Assembly (NCBI GenBank): GCA_013298875.1
Contig: JAAFJH010000003.1
Coordinates: 1-58,029, forward strand
Direction: 5' to 3'
From: Synechococcales cyanobacterium bin2.concoct.b11b12b14.033
Lineage (GTDB): Bacteria > Cyanobacteriota > Vampirovibrionia > Caenarcaniphilales > Caenarcanaceae
DNA length: 58,029 bases
Shown: positions 50,511-58,029 of the stretch, piece after piece
Layout: every line of letters starts with the position of its first letter
How positions within the stretch are numbered: position 1 is the stretch's first letter
Position numbers and translations under genes: made by a program
Notes under the pieces: model-generated
Seen by the model: only the letters and a program-made list of their open reading frames with translations
Told to the model about the DNA's origin: nothing
Database searches by the model: none

Positions 50511-50562
50511 TTTTTCTTTTTGTTTGTTATTTTTAGTTTGTCTCTAAGTTATCAATGGTTAT

Positions 50563-50703
50563 ATGTCTAAAACGCCTAAAACTCCTAAAAATAAACCAGA
50601 AAAATATAAAAGAGCTGATAATGGACAGTTTACTACAAAAGAATTTGCAGAAAAAAATCCTGAAATTGTTTATAAGCTAGGAGCTAAAAAGAAGAAGTTA
50701 TAG
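50563..50703 (+). CDS. small basic protein (46 aa, not in track)
   Basis: KRADNGQFTTKEFAEKNP resembles small R.A..G.F.T...A..NP proteins found in mobile cargo. Confidence 0.5.
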   Translation: MSKTPKTPKNKPEKYKRADNGQFTTKEFAEKNPEIVYKLGAKKKKL

Positions 50704-50872
50704 ATTCTGTTAAGTACTCGTCAGATAAAAAATTATGGGTAAAAGTCAATTGATTTTCATTCATATCTTCTGTGATAACAAATATTCTTTTAACATTGTT
50801 CTGTTTTAATTTTGATAAATATTCTCTAAATAACCAGTCTTGGGCAGACCAATCCTCTAGTTCTTTCGGCAT
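50684..50872 (-). CDS. hypothetical protein
   Basis: ORF track. Confidence 0.35.
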   Translation of the reverse strand: MPKELEDWSAQDWLFREYLSKLKQNNVKRIFVITEDMNENQLTFTHNFLSDEYLTESITSSF

Positions 50873-51093
50873 CTTTTAATAAAATTTAGGGGCTTTATAA
50901 ACAATTTTAAAGTTCGTAGAAGCGGTTGTTTATGGAGGGACTCTAGAAATCATGGATAGCTTAAAAAAACATGTCGATGTAGTTCAAGATAATTTATTAA
51001 TCTGTGAATTAACTTTAGACAAACATTCTCCAATACTAACAGTAGGAGAAGTATCTGATTTACTAACTCAAAGAGGGTATTTTAAACAAGTCC

Positions 51094-51294
51094 CTAATTA
51101 GATTTCAAATACTGAGATCTAATTAATTTAAATTCTTCAATATCTTTCTTCGTTGTTCCAGGAGGAAATATGCAAACTATAGAACCTGAAACTAAAATTT
51201 GAACTTTACTTTCTTTTTTGTTTTCTTCTGACATATTTTTTTTGGCTTTATTAAATAATTTTAAAGGTGGAATATCAAGTAGTACCTTTAGCAA
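51094..51294 (-). CDS. hypothetical protein
   Basis: ORF track; abuts 51295..51615. Confidence 0.4.
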   Translation of the reverse strand: MLKVLLDIPPLKLFNKAKKNMSEENKKESKVQILVSGSIVCIFPPGTTKKDIEEFKLIRSQYLKSN

Positions 51295-51615
51295 CTACTT
51301 TTGCAAACTTATCCCCTCTAATTCCTGTAAGGTTGGAATTGACAGATCAGTAGTTTTTACAAATATATACTTTCCCGAAACTCTATTTCTTGTCTCTTCA
51401 TCCATTTCACCATCTACACGGACATAGGGTTTTGACATTTTTTCCAAGAATCTTTTTCTTGTGTCTTCTATTGATTTTTGGGATCCTTCTTGTTGATTAC
51501 GAATAGGCTCATTTACTTTAATTAGATTATTATCATCGTCAATAACCTCAATGAAAGGCTTTGACATTTTTTCTAAATAATAAGCTCTTTTTTCTTCTAA
51601 GTTGTTTTTATTCAT
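51295..51615 (-). CDS. small protein with two copies of a portal-derived segment
   Basis: KRAYYLEKMSKPFIEVIDD and RKRFLEKMSKPYVRVDG versus portal KRLQYLEKMHKPFIEVIDD. Confidence 0.7.
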   Translation of the reverse strand: MNKNNLEEKRAYYLEKMSKPFIEVIDDDNNLIKVNEPIRNQQEGSQKSIEDTRKRFLEKMSKPYVRVDGEMDEETRNRVSGKYIFVKTTDLSIPTLQELEGISLQK

Positions 51616-51821
51616 GTACTCTGGATATTAAGTATTTAATTTTAAGAACCCTCAATTAAACTTTATAAAAGAACACACATATAATTGAGAATACTTGAAA
51701 CAAAAATGAAAGACATCCGTCTAAATTAATATACTCCTTTACCTTCCTGTATCGACTCTCTCAATCAATAGTTGGACGATATAGGGGGGGGGTAAACCTA
51801 AAGTTTACTTGGAGATCTTCT

Positions 51822-51983
51822 GTGAAGAAATTACTTTTTGCTTTCTTGTTTATATTTACTATTATTCCCACCATTCCCACCATTCAGAGTTCTGCTCAAT
51901 GTGATAATCCTTGGGATACTGCTAGTGATGGTTCTCGCTGTGGTGGTCGTGCTTCCTCTCAAAGACCTGGCGGTAGACGTTAA
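51822..51983 (+). CDS. small secreted peptide (53 aa, not in track)
   Basis: GGAG RBS, GTG start; signal + CDNPWDTASDGSRCGGRASSQRPGGRR. Confidence 0.65.
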   Translation: MKKLLFAFLFIFTIIPTIPTIQSSAQCDNPWDTASDGSRCGGRASSQRPGGRR

Positions 51984-52549
51984 TACTCCTGCAAACTTTT
52001 TTCCTTCAGTACAATAAAACAAGGATGTTTGATTAAGGGTTTTTAGATATAAAAAAATCTTGTGGACTGTCTTCTGCTACCTATCAAATCAGTTTTATTT
52101 ACAAATTTTTAAGTTACAATAATAGACGGCCCCATAAGGAGAAAAACTTATGAATATTGGCCTGAAGTACTGGGAATATTCTTATGAATACTACCAGTAT
52201 CAACTGGAGAAAATCCAACTTGAGATAAAGGAGTTAAATTTAAAGTTTACTTCTTTATCTGAAAGCTGGCATTGGATTCAGTACAGATCTATATTAACGC
52301 AACTAATATAGATCTAGAGGGCGGGGAGAAATCCCTGTCTTCTTAATTGCAACCTGTACTCTGTAAATTAGAATTTGATTTCCGATAAAGGGATGAGGAA
52401 AACAGAGCCACATATTTTATTTAATTACCAGTAATTAATCAGATTACTTTAAGGAGTCTTTCCAGTGAAGAAAAAGCTTCTCTTTTAATTTTATTGTTGG
52501 ACTTAAGCAAAAAGGTTTTAAATTGCCCAGTTGTTAAAACAATGAACTA

Positions 52550-53023
52550 ATGAAAAAACTATTACTTATTTGCCTTTTGGTAATCGGCTCTTTCAATGAG
52601 GTAAAATCTGAACCTTATCCTCAAGACTATTATGGCGGTGCTTATTATCCTCAATATCCTAACTATCAATCCCCTAGAATAATGAACTCTTATGGTGGAA
52701 TGACAGCTCAGGACATATTGTCAGGTAATTATCAGTATCAACAGCCATATAGGAATCAGGGAGAAGGTTTCTGGTCTAAAACTGGGAGAGTTCTGAATGA
52801 TCCTGCCTTTGCGAACGCCTTATCAGCAAGTATGCAGAACTACTCAATGATGGAACAGGCACGAACTCAGGCATTATCTAACTCATTAAATACCGTTTTC
52901 CAAAACTCTTTTAACAGAACAAGAGTTCCTTCTTTTACGCCATATACACGACCACCGGAGCCTAGTTCTTACACAGTAACAAGATTTGGTGATGGCTTGA
53001 GAATAAAGGAAGACTACAAATAA
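52550..53023 (+). CDS. secreted Tyr/Gln/Pro-rich protein
   Basis: MKKLLLICLLVIGS signal peptide. Confidence 0.65.
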   Translation: MKKLLLICLLVIGSFNEVKSEPYPQDYYGGAYYPQYPNYQSPRIMNSYGGMTAQDILSGNYQYQQPYRNQGEGFWSKTGRVLNDPAFANALSASMQNYSMMEQARTQALSNSLNTVFQNSFNRTRVPSFTPYTRPPEPSSYTVTRFGDGLRIKEDYK

Positions 53024-53048
53024 CCCATAAAGAAAGGAGAAAAAGAAA

Positions 53049-53183
53049 GTGAAATCGATTATATGTTTAAGTTTTGGTTTAGTATTATGGCTAGGTCAAG
53101 CAAGTCATGCAAGTTGTGAATGCACAGGCTGCGATACCTGTACTTATGGTGATTGCTCCTGTAGTTCCTGCGAATGTGATTAA
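53049..53183 (+). CDS. secreted metallothionein-like peptide copy 2 (44 aa)
   Basis: AAAGGAG RBS, GTG start; signal + SCECTGCDTCTYGDCSCSSCECD. Confidence 0.7.
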   Translation: MKSIICLSFGLVLWLGQASHASCECTGCDTCTYGDCSCSSCECD

Positions 53184-53241
53184 TGACTGTAACTAATAGA
53201 CAGTAATTCAGAGGACATCATTAGACTAACTGGTGATGTCC
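53112..53241 (+). repeat. about 130-bp direct repeat copy 2, including terminator
   Basis: matches 50381..50510. Confidence 0.85.
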
Positions 53242-53299
53242 TTTTTTCTCTTTATTTGTTAAATTTACGTTACATTTTACTAAAATTTTTTATAGCTAA

Positions 53300-53509
53300 A
53301 TGCCAGACGATAAGAATAAAAAACATCTTGACTCTAAACGTATAGATATTAATGATCCTAAGGAGCTAGGTACTTGGTCGAAAGTACTCAATCAATCTCA
53401 AAAGAACATAATAGAAACAGTTGAAAAATTAAATACTACATCTGCACAGCGTATAAAAAATTATTTTGAAGAGACTGAAAAGGCAGACAAAATCAAAAAG
53501 AAGCCTTAA
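53300..53509 (+). CDS. DUF3606-like protein
   Basis: MPDDK....D..RIDI.D..E...W...L pattern. Confidence 0.6.
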   Translation: MPDDKNKKHLDSKRIDINDPKELGTWSKVLNQSQKNIIETVEKLNTTSAQRIKNYFEETEKADKIKKKP

Positions 53510-53697
53510 TTAGAAGGTATCAATACATTAATATTTATTAAGGTATGGTTTCCTGGTTTAATTTTGTTATCTAAATGCTGACAAGCCTCATTATCATATT
53601 CAGCAGTATGAATGTCTTCTACCATCGTTATAGTGAATCCTGCATTATTCAGTATCTCTTCTAACTTACTTAGTGCTTCTGATAATCGGTTATTCAT
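53506..53697 (-). CDS. hypothetical protein
   Basis: ORF track. Confidence 0.4.
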   Translation of the reverse strand: MNNRLSEALSKLEEILNNAGFTITMVEDIHTAEYDNEACQHLDNKIKPGNHTLININVLIPSN

Positions 53698-53729
53698 TTT
53701 TTATTTGTTTTGGGGTTCTATGGATAATT

Positions 53730-54146
53730 TTAAAGTTGGCTTTTTGTCCAATAGGCAATTTTATTTTTAATTTCTTTCTGGATATTGCTATTTCTGGCTT
53801 GAAGCTGAAGACTACTCATAACATTGTCAATTATATCTACCGTTATATTCTTTTTTACTTTGATTAAATCAGCCACTTGAGCGGATGTTAATGGACTTTC
53901 AGCTTCTCTAAGGACTTCAAAAATCAAAATTGATAGTTCACCATGAGCAAATAATTGATTTTTAGCCCTGAACTGCCGGGATTGAATTGAAGACAAATTA
54001 TAGTTCGGGTCAAATACTTTTATTGAAGCATTAAGGTGGGTTATGACTTCAGTAAATTTTTTGATTTCTTTTTGGTGATATTCAATTAATCCAAGTAGTT
54101 CAGCTTTCTTGTTTACAAGGGCACTTATAACGTGAGGTTCTGTCAT
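53730..54146 (-). CDS. coiled-coil + winged-HTH-like protein
   Basis: HVISALV.K.AEL.G.I..L.A.I..FDP; VLREAESPLTSAQVA. Confidence 0.6.
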   Translation of the reverse strand: MTEPHVISALVNKKAELLGLIEYHQKEIKKFTEVITHLNASIKVFDPNYNLSSIQSRQFRAKNQLFAHGELSILIFEVLREAESPLTSAQVADLIKVKKNITVDIIDNVMSSLQLQARNSNIQKEIKNKIAYWTKSQL

Positions 54147-54272
54147 TAAACTAAATGTATTAGTGAAAATATACTACCTTCTTTCTATCTCTTTTTCCTG
54201 TATATAATGGTTACCTTTGCTAGGTTATTTCGATAATTCCTATATCTCTCAGAAAACTCTAATACTTTTTCT

Positions 54273-54674
54273 TTAAATCCATTCAGTTACTTTAACTTCA
54301 TTAGGATCTGTTGGTAGATCTTTGAACCTATCAAGTTTTTGTTTTAATTCTTTTTGGTTAGAATCTGCAATTTTCAATTCTTCAATAAAATCCTTTATAG
54401 ACTCTTCAAAGCTTTCAAACTTTTTTCTTGCCTCTTCTGCTGTTTTTTCAAGATAAGCTATTTTATCTGATATGTTAGAACCTTTACTTTCTTCTATCGG
54501 GATAGAAAAACTTTTATAGACAGAGAAAGGCTTATAATCGATTGGAGGAATAAAGAAATTTTCAAATTTTGATCGTTCATCAGGGGATAAAAACAAATCC
54601 ATTTTATATTTTGGGTAAGTGTTTGGTATTATCAGGAAAATTGGGTAGAGTCCTGTAATTGACAAATTATACAC
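54273..54674 (-). CDS. hypothetical protein (probable start MDLF near 54602)
   Basis: ORF track; coiled-coil C-terminus. Confidence 0.45.
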   Translation of the reverse strand: MYNLSITGLYPIFLIIPNTYPKYKMDLFLSPDERSKFENFFIPPIDYKPFSVYKSFSIPIEESKGSNISDKIAYLEKTAEEARKKFESFEESIKDFIEELKIADSNQKELKQKLDRFKDLPTDPNEVKVTEWI

Positions 54675-54687
54675 TTTAGCTTAAGAT
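54659..54687 (+). promoter_or_regulatory. sigma70-type promoter upstream of the orphan omegaRNA
   Basis: TTGACA-N17-TAAGAT. Confidence 0.6.
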
Positions 54688-54740
54688 TTAAACAACTAAG
54701 GAAAATTTGCGATAACCAAGCAAGTTCAACTAAAAGCAAT

Positions 54741-54877
54741 AAGTCGCCATGGGGCATCGGGAGACTATAAACGAACGCAGAGAAATAGTCAGACTAGTTT
54801 ACTAGCAAATTTCAATGAAGCGTTAAAAATCTTTGCTCTTAGCAAAGGGTATGTCAATTTAGCATCTACACATAATT
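54741..54877 (+). ncRNA. stand-alone TnpB omegaRNA (scaffold 54741..54857 plus putative guide)
   Basis: about 12 substitutions and a 3-nt gap versus the reverse complement of 41766..41885; ends GTATGTCAA. Confidence 0.7.
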
Positions 54878-55034
54878 TTACTATATAGATGATCCCAAAT
54901 ACAAAATCAGAAATTGCCCTTAAAGCACTTCAAGAAATTAAAACATATTTAGAATATACTTTTCCTGATAGATATAAATTCAATACAGTGTGGTATATAG
55001 TATCTGAAGCCCTGAATAAAATAGAAGCAACTAC

Positions 55035-55391
55035 ATGAAGCCTTACTTGCACGCAAAAAACTCAGTTAAGAAATATGGGGGTAACTGGAAAGACTATATA
55101 GAAATACATGATTTTTTAGATTCAACTAAAGCTCATTTTCCAGATATGAGACATAGAGCTATATTACATAATTCATTTGGATGCTTCATAGCAGAAAAAG
55201 TATTCGGACATCTAATAACCAACTCAGAAGGTAAAGAAGTCTCGGTACGAGATATAGCGGAAGATCATATAATTGAAGACATAGGTAAAATTCCAACCCT
55301 TCAAGATTATCTAGTAGGTATGCCTATGTATACTTGGCTAGGTAATGGAAACCAAAAAAAAACACCCCGATTAACAATTAATTTAGACTAA
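55035..55391 (+). CDS. conserved phage protein (DUF6915-like, His-rich)
   Basis: PYLHAKNSVKKYGG..IHDFLDSTK..RHRAILH..AEDHIIEDIG. Confidence 0.65.
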   Translation: MKPYLHAKNSVKKYGGNWKDYIEIHDFLDSTKAHFPDMRHRAILHNSFGCFIAEKVFGHLITNSEGKEVSVRDIAEDHIIEDIGKIPTLQDYLVGMPMYTWLGNGNQKKTPRLTINLD

Positions 55392-55852
55392 TGGACACTC
55401 TAAAAAACTTAAAAACAATTCTTCTTGAACACAATGAGAAGATCAAACAATTAAAAACTGAAATGACATCAGAGGTAAAAGAGAAATTGAAGCTTATCTT
55501 CAATGAAATCTTTTTATCATTTCCTCAAATTGAGAATTTAAACTGGGCACAATATACCCCTTACTTTAATGATGGAGATCCTTGTGAGTTTAGATTCTCT
55601 GGATTAAATGTAAAACTAAAACCTGAATATGTAAAGAACAGGGAAGCTTACGAATCAGAGGAACAAGGTTTTGATTTGACTGATTTGGAACATTATGCTC
55701 ATAGTTTACCTTTGAATCTTATTGAAACGTTAGAGGGTTTAAATTCTACTCTTTACCTAAGTGAAGATTTGCTTGAGGATATATTTGGAGATCATGCTGA
55801 AGTAATTGTCACGCCTGAAAAATTAGAAGTATTAGACTATAGTCATGATTAA
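55391..55852 (+). CDS. conserved phage protein
   Basis: WAQYTPYFNDGDPCEF..IFGDH..YSHD; TAATG coupling. Confidence 0.65.
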   Translation: MDTLKNLKTILLEHNEKIKQLKTEMTSEVKEKLKLIFNEIFLSFPQIENLNWAQYTPYFNDGDPCEFRFSGLNVKLKPEYVKNREAYESEEQGFDLTDLEHYAHSLPLNLIETLEGLNSTLYLSEDLLEDIFGDHAEVIVTPEKLEVLDYSHD

Positions 55853-55922
55853 TTAGACCAAATAGGTTAACCTTCCTTAAAAAGGTAAAACTACCACAAC
55901 TAAAAACACTTTAAAAGACATA

Positions 55923-56249
55923 ATGAAAAACTTACAAAAAGAAAAAAAGAAATTATTTTCTCATAAACAAAGCGTTTTCGAGAAGGGATTGAAAAGTAAC
56001 TTAAAAAAAATAGTTACACTAGTTAGTTCTTTAGAACAAGACTCCGACATAATTAAAGAATTAAGTCATGTATCTAATGGGATGTATAATGAGATAGAGG
56101 AGTATTTTGACCTCGTAGAGGTTATCAACCGAGTATCACATTCACATAAAAACAGAGAATACCTCACAATTAAATTTCTTAAGAAGAACTTAACTGTTGA
56201 GATTGATACTGAAACATTTAATAGATTCTATTGCCCTACTGGATTTTAA
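55923..56249 (+). CDS. hypothetical protein
   Basis: ORF track. Confidence 0.5.
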   Translation: MKNLQKEKKKLFSHKQSVFEKGLKSNLKKIVTLVSSLEQDSDIIKELSHVSNGMYNEIEEYFDLVEVINRVSHSHKNREYLTIKFLKKNLTVEIDTETFNRFYCPTGF

Positions 56250-56285
56250 ACCCCTCAATAAACCCTAAATTAAGAACAATTTATT

Positions 56286-56528
56286 ATGCCAAAACCAACC
56301 CCAAAGAGACAAATGCACTTTAATATGTCTCCCGAACAATACAGTAAATTAAAACAACAAACAGAGAATACCCCTGCTAGTATTATTTATGATGATAAAA
56401 AACAAAAAGTCTCAGTCATAGATATTCTAGGAGATAATCCGTCTAAGACCCGAAAATCAATCAGATCATTAGTAAAAGAAACTAAAGATCCAACCATAAA
56501 ACAAAAAAAAATAAAAGAATCTTATTGA
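56286..56528 (+). CDS. hypothetical basic protein
   Basis: ORF track. Confidence 0.5.
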   Translation: MPKPTPKRQMHFNMSPEQYSKLKQQTENTPASIIYDDKKQKVSVIDILGDNPSKTRKSIRSLVKETKDPTIKQKKIKESY

Positions 56529-56593
56529 ATTTTGTTAGATTACCAACTAAAGTGTGAATATAATATTTGTAATCCTAAACCACACAAAATCAA

Positions 56594-56728
56594 ATGTTAA
56601 AATACATATTCGCACTATTAGTTTTCTTCTTCTTCTCATCTTTTGCTTATGCGGCACCAAACGCAACAGCAAATCAAACCAGATATAAATTCATCAAAGT
56701 TTTTGGGTTTGAAACCCCGTGCTTCTAG
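56594..56728 (+). pseudogene. signal-peptide gene truncated by the tnpB element left end
   Basis: MLKYIFALLVFFFFSSFAYA.. reads into the IS end and stops inside its hairpin. Confidence 0.5.
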
Positions 56729-56761
56729 CACGGCTTTATATTTTTATTCTACAATAATATG

Positions 56762-56790
56762 TTGACAGTTTTAGGTTCTCAACATATAAT
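56762..56790 (+). promoter_or_regulatory. consensus sigma70 promoter of tnpB
   Basis: TTGACA-N17-TATAAT. Confidence 0.8.
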
Positions 56791-56819
56791 GAATATATAG
56801 CGGTGCGAAAATAAAAACT

Positions 56820-58029
56820 ATGTTTAAGACTCAGAAAAATCAAATTAGAGGATTGTCTAAAACAGAATATTTAGCTCTACAGGAAATGTGTAGGTTGTCG
56901 AAAAATCTATACAATGTTGGGCTATATTGCATCAGGCAGTGTTTTTTTGCTGAGAAAACATTTCTTCGCTATGAATCAAACTACCACCTATGTAAAACTA
57001 ATGAAAATTACCAACTATTAAATACTGATATTGCTCAACAAACCTTAAAAGTGGTAGATAGAAGTTTTCGTTCTTTCTTTAATTTAATAAAAAAAGCAAA
57101 ATCAGGTAATTACCAATTTAATCAAATATCTTTACCTCACTATCTTAAGAAAGATGGCTACTTTAGTTTAATTATTCCGAGAATAAAAGTTAAAGATGGT
57201 TTCTTTAAAGTACCTATGTCTAAAGATTTCAAAGATAAATATGGTGAAGTAAAGTTACCTTTTCCTGATAGATTGCTTGATAGAAAGTTAAAAGAAGTAC
57301 GAATCTATCCTAAGTATAATTGTCAATTTTTTGAGGTTGAATTTATTACAGAGGAAGAACCACAAATTGTTGAGTTTAAGTCTGATAATGCTTTATCTAT
57401 TGATTTAGGACTTGATAATTTAGCTACTTGTGTTAGTACTAATGGGGCATCGTTTATTATCGATGGTCGCAAATTAAAAAGTTATAACCATTGGTACAAC
57501 AAAACAAATGCTAAATTACAATCAATCAAAGACAAGCAAGGTATTAAAAGTCTGACTAAAAGACAAGGACAATTATTATCAAAAAGAAATAATCAAGTCC
57601 GAGATTATTTAAGCAAAACAGCTAGATATATTATCGAAAATTGTCTTAGTTTAGATATAGGAACTTTAATAGTTGGAACTAATAAAGGCTGGAAACAAGA
57701 TATTAACATCGGAAAAAAGAATAATCAGAACTTTGTTCAAATTCCTTTTTGTTCTTTAAAAGAGAAGTTGAAATCTTTATGTGAAACTTATGGAATCAAA
57801 TATATAGAGCAAGAAGAATCCTATACCAGCAAGGCAAGTGCATTAGATAATGACTCTATTCCTATCTATAATCCTAATAATACAACTAAATATACTTTCA
57901 GTGGCAAAAGAGTTAAAAGAGGATTGTACCAATCAAAAGACGGTATTAAGGTTAATGCAGATGCTAATGGTGCATGGAATATAGGACGTAAAAGTAAGCA
58001 TAAGGGATTTTCCCAAGTGTGTAATGGGC
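56820..58029 (+). CDS. tnpB: RNA-guided endonuclease TnpB, 3' partial (absent from ORF track)
   Basis: MFKTQKNQ..SKNLYN; SIDLGLDNLA; QEESYTSKAS; RVKRGLY; NADANGAWNI. Confidence 0.92.
   Translation, partial: MFKTQKNQIRGLSKTEYLALQEMCRLSKNLYNVGLYCIRQCFFAEKTFLRYESNYHLCKTNENYQLLNTDIAQQTLKVVDRSFRSFFNLIKKAKSGNYQFNQISLPHYLKKDGYFSLIIPRIKVKDGFFKVPMSKDFKDKYGEVKLPFPDRLLDRKLKEVRIYPKYNCQFFEVEFITEEEPQIVEFKSDNALSIDLGLDNLATCVSTNGASFIIDGRKLKSYNHWYNKTNAKLQSIKDKQGIKSLTKRQGQLLSKRNNQVRDYLSKTARYIIENCLSLDIGTLIVGTNKGWKQDINIGKKNNQNFVQIPFCSLKEKLKSLCETYGIKYIEQEESYTSKASALDNDSIPIYNPNNTTKYTFSGKRVKRGLYQSKDGIKVNADANGAWNIGRKSKHKGFSQVCNG

Larger units (their letters stand above)
56705..58029 (+). mobile_element. second tnpB-only IS200/IS605-family element (runs off window)
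   Basis: left end GGGTTTGAAACCCCGTGCTTCTAGCACGG hairpin followed by tnpB. Confidence 0.8.

Noticed and set aside
51425-51580. ATGTCAA followed by a portal-matching sequence read as omegaRNA end plus anti-portal guide
   Set aside because: ATGTCAA is simply the Met-Ser-Lys codons, no scaffold precedes it, and the portal similarity extends upstream in frame
51831-52022. Minus-strand 63-aa ORF
   Set aside because: Shadow of the plus-strand secreted peptide 51822..51983, which has an RBS and signal peptide
1-58029. CRISPR array, tRNA or rRNA genes
   Set aside because: No regularly spaced repeats or cloverleaf with GTTCRA seen by eye; tRNAscan-SE and a CRISPR finder would be needed to exclude them

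Overview
AT-rich segment of a large tailed-phage genome; I saw no rRNA, tRNA or CRISPR array. 0.3-25.6 kb is a large array of about 10 modular tail/head-fibre-like genes, split by a block of accessory genes (GH108-like lysin, two nucleotidyltransferases). 26.9-32.4 kb holds an NAD salvage pair (NMNAT-Nudix + NAMPT), a TOPRIM protein and a Ro60/TROVE protein. 33.5-40.4 kb is the head module (portal, probable scaffold, major capsid) with an inserted ADP-ribosylglycohydrolase. 40.5-44.9 kb has two Mom-like GNAT/GIY-YIG fusions, one split by a tnpB-only IS200/IS605 element. 44.9-54.2 kb is an IS1595-type cargo island rich in small secreted peptides, and a second tnpB element runs off the right edge. 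The most interesting observations not explained by the ORF track are: (1) two promoter-driven, co-varying 70-80 nt structured RNAs that may be Y-RNA-like partners of the phage Ro60; (2) a 106-aa protein built from two copies of a segment of the phage's own portal, a possible portal decoy; (3) a stand-alone TnpB omegaRNA copy with its own promoter and a different guide; (4) repeated nuclease-acetyltransferase fusions; (5) duplicated secreted metallothionein-like peptides. All family calls come from motifs read by eye; no searches were run.
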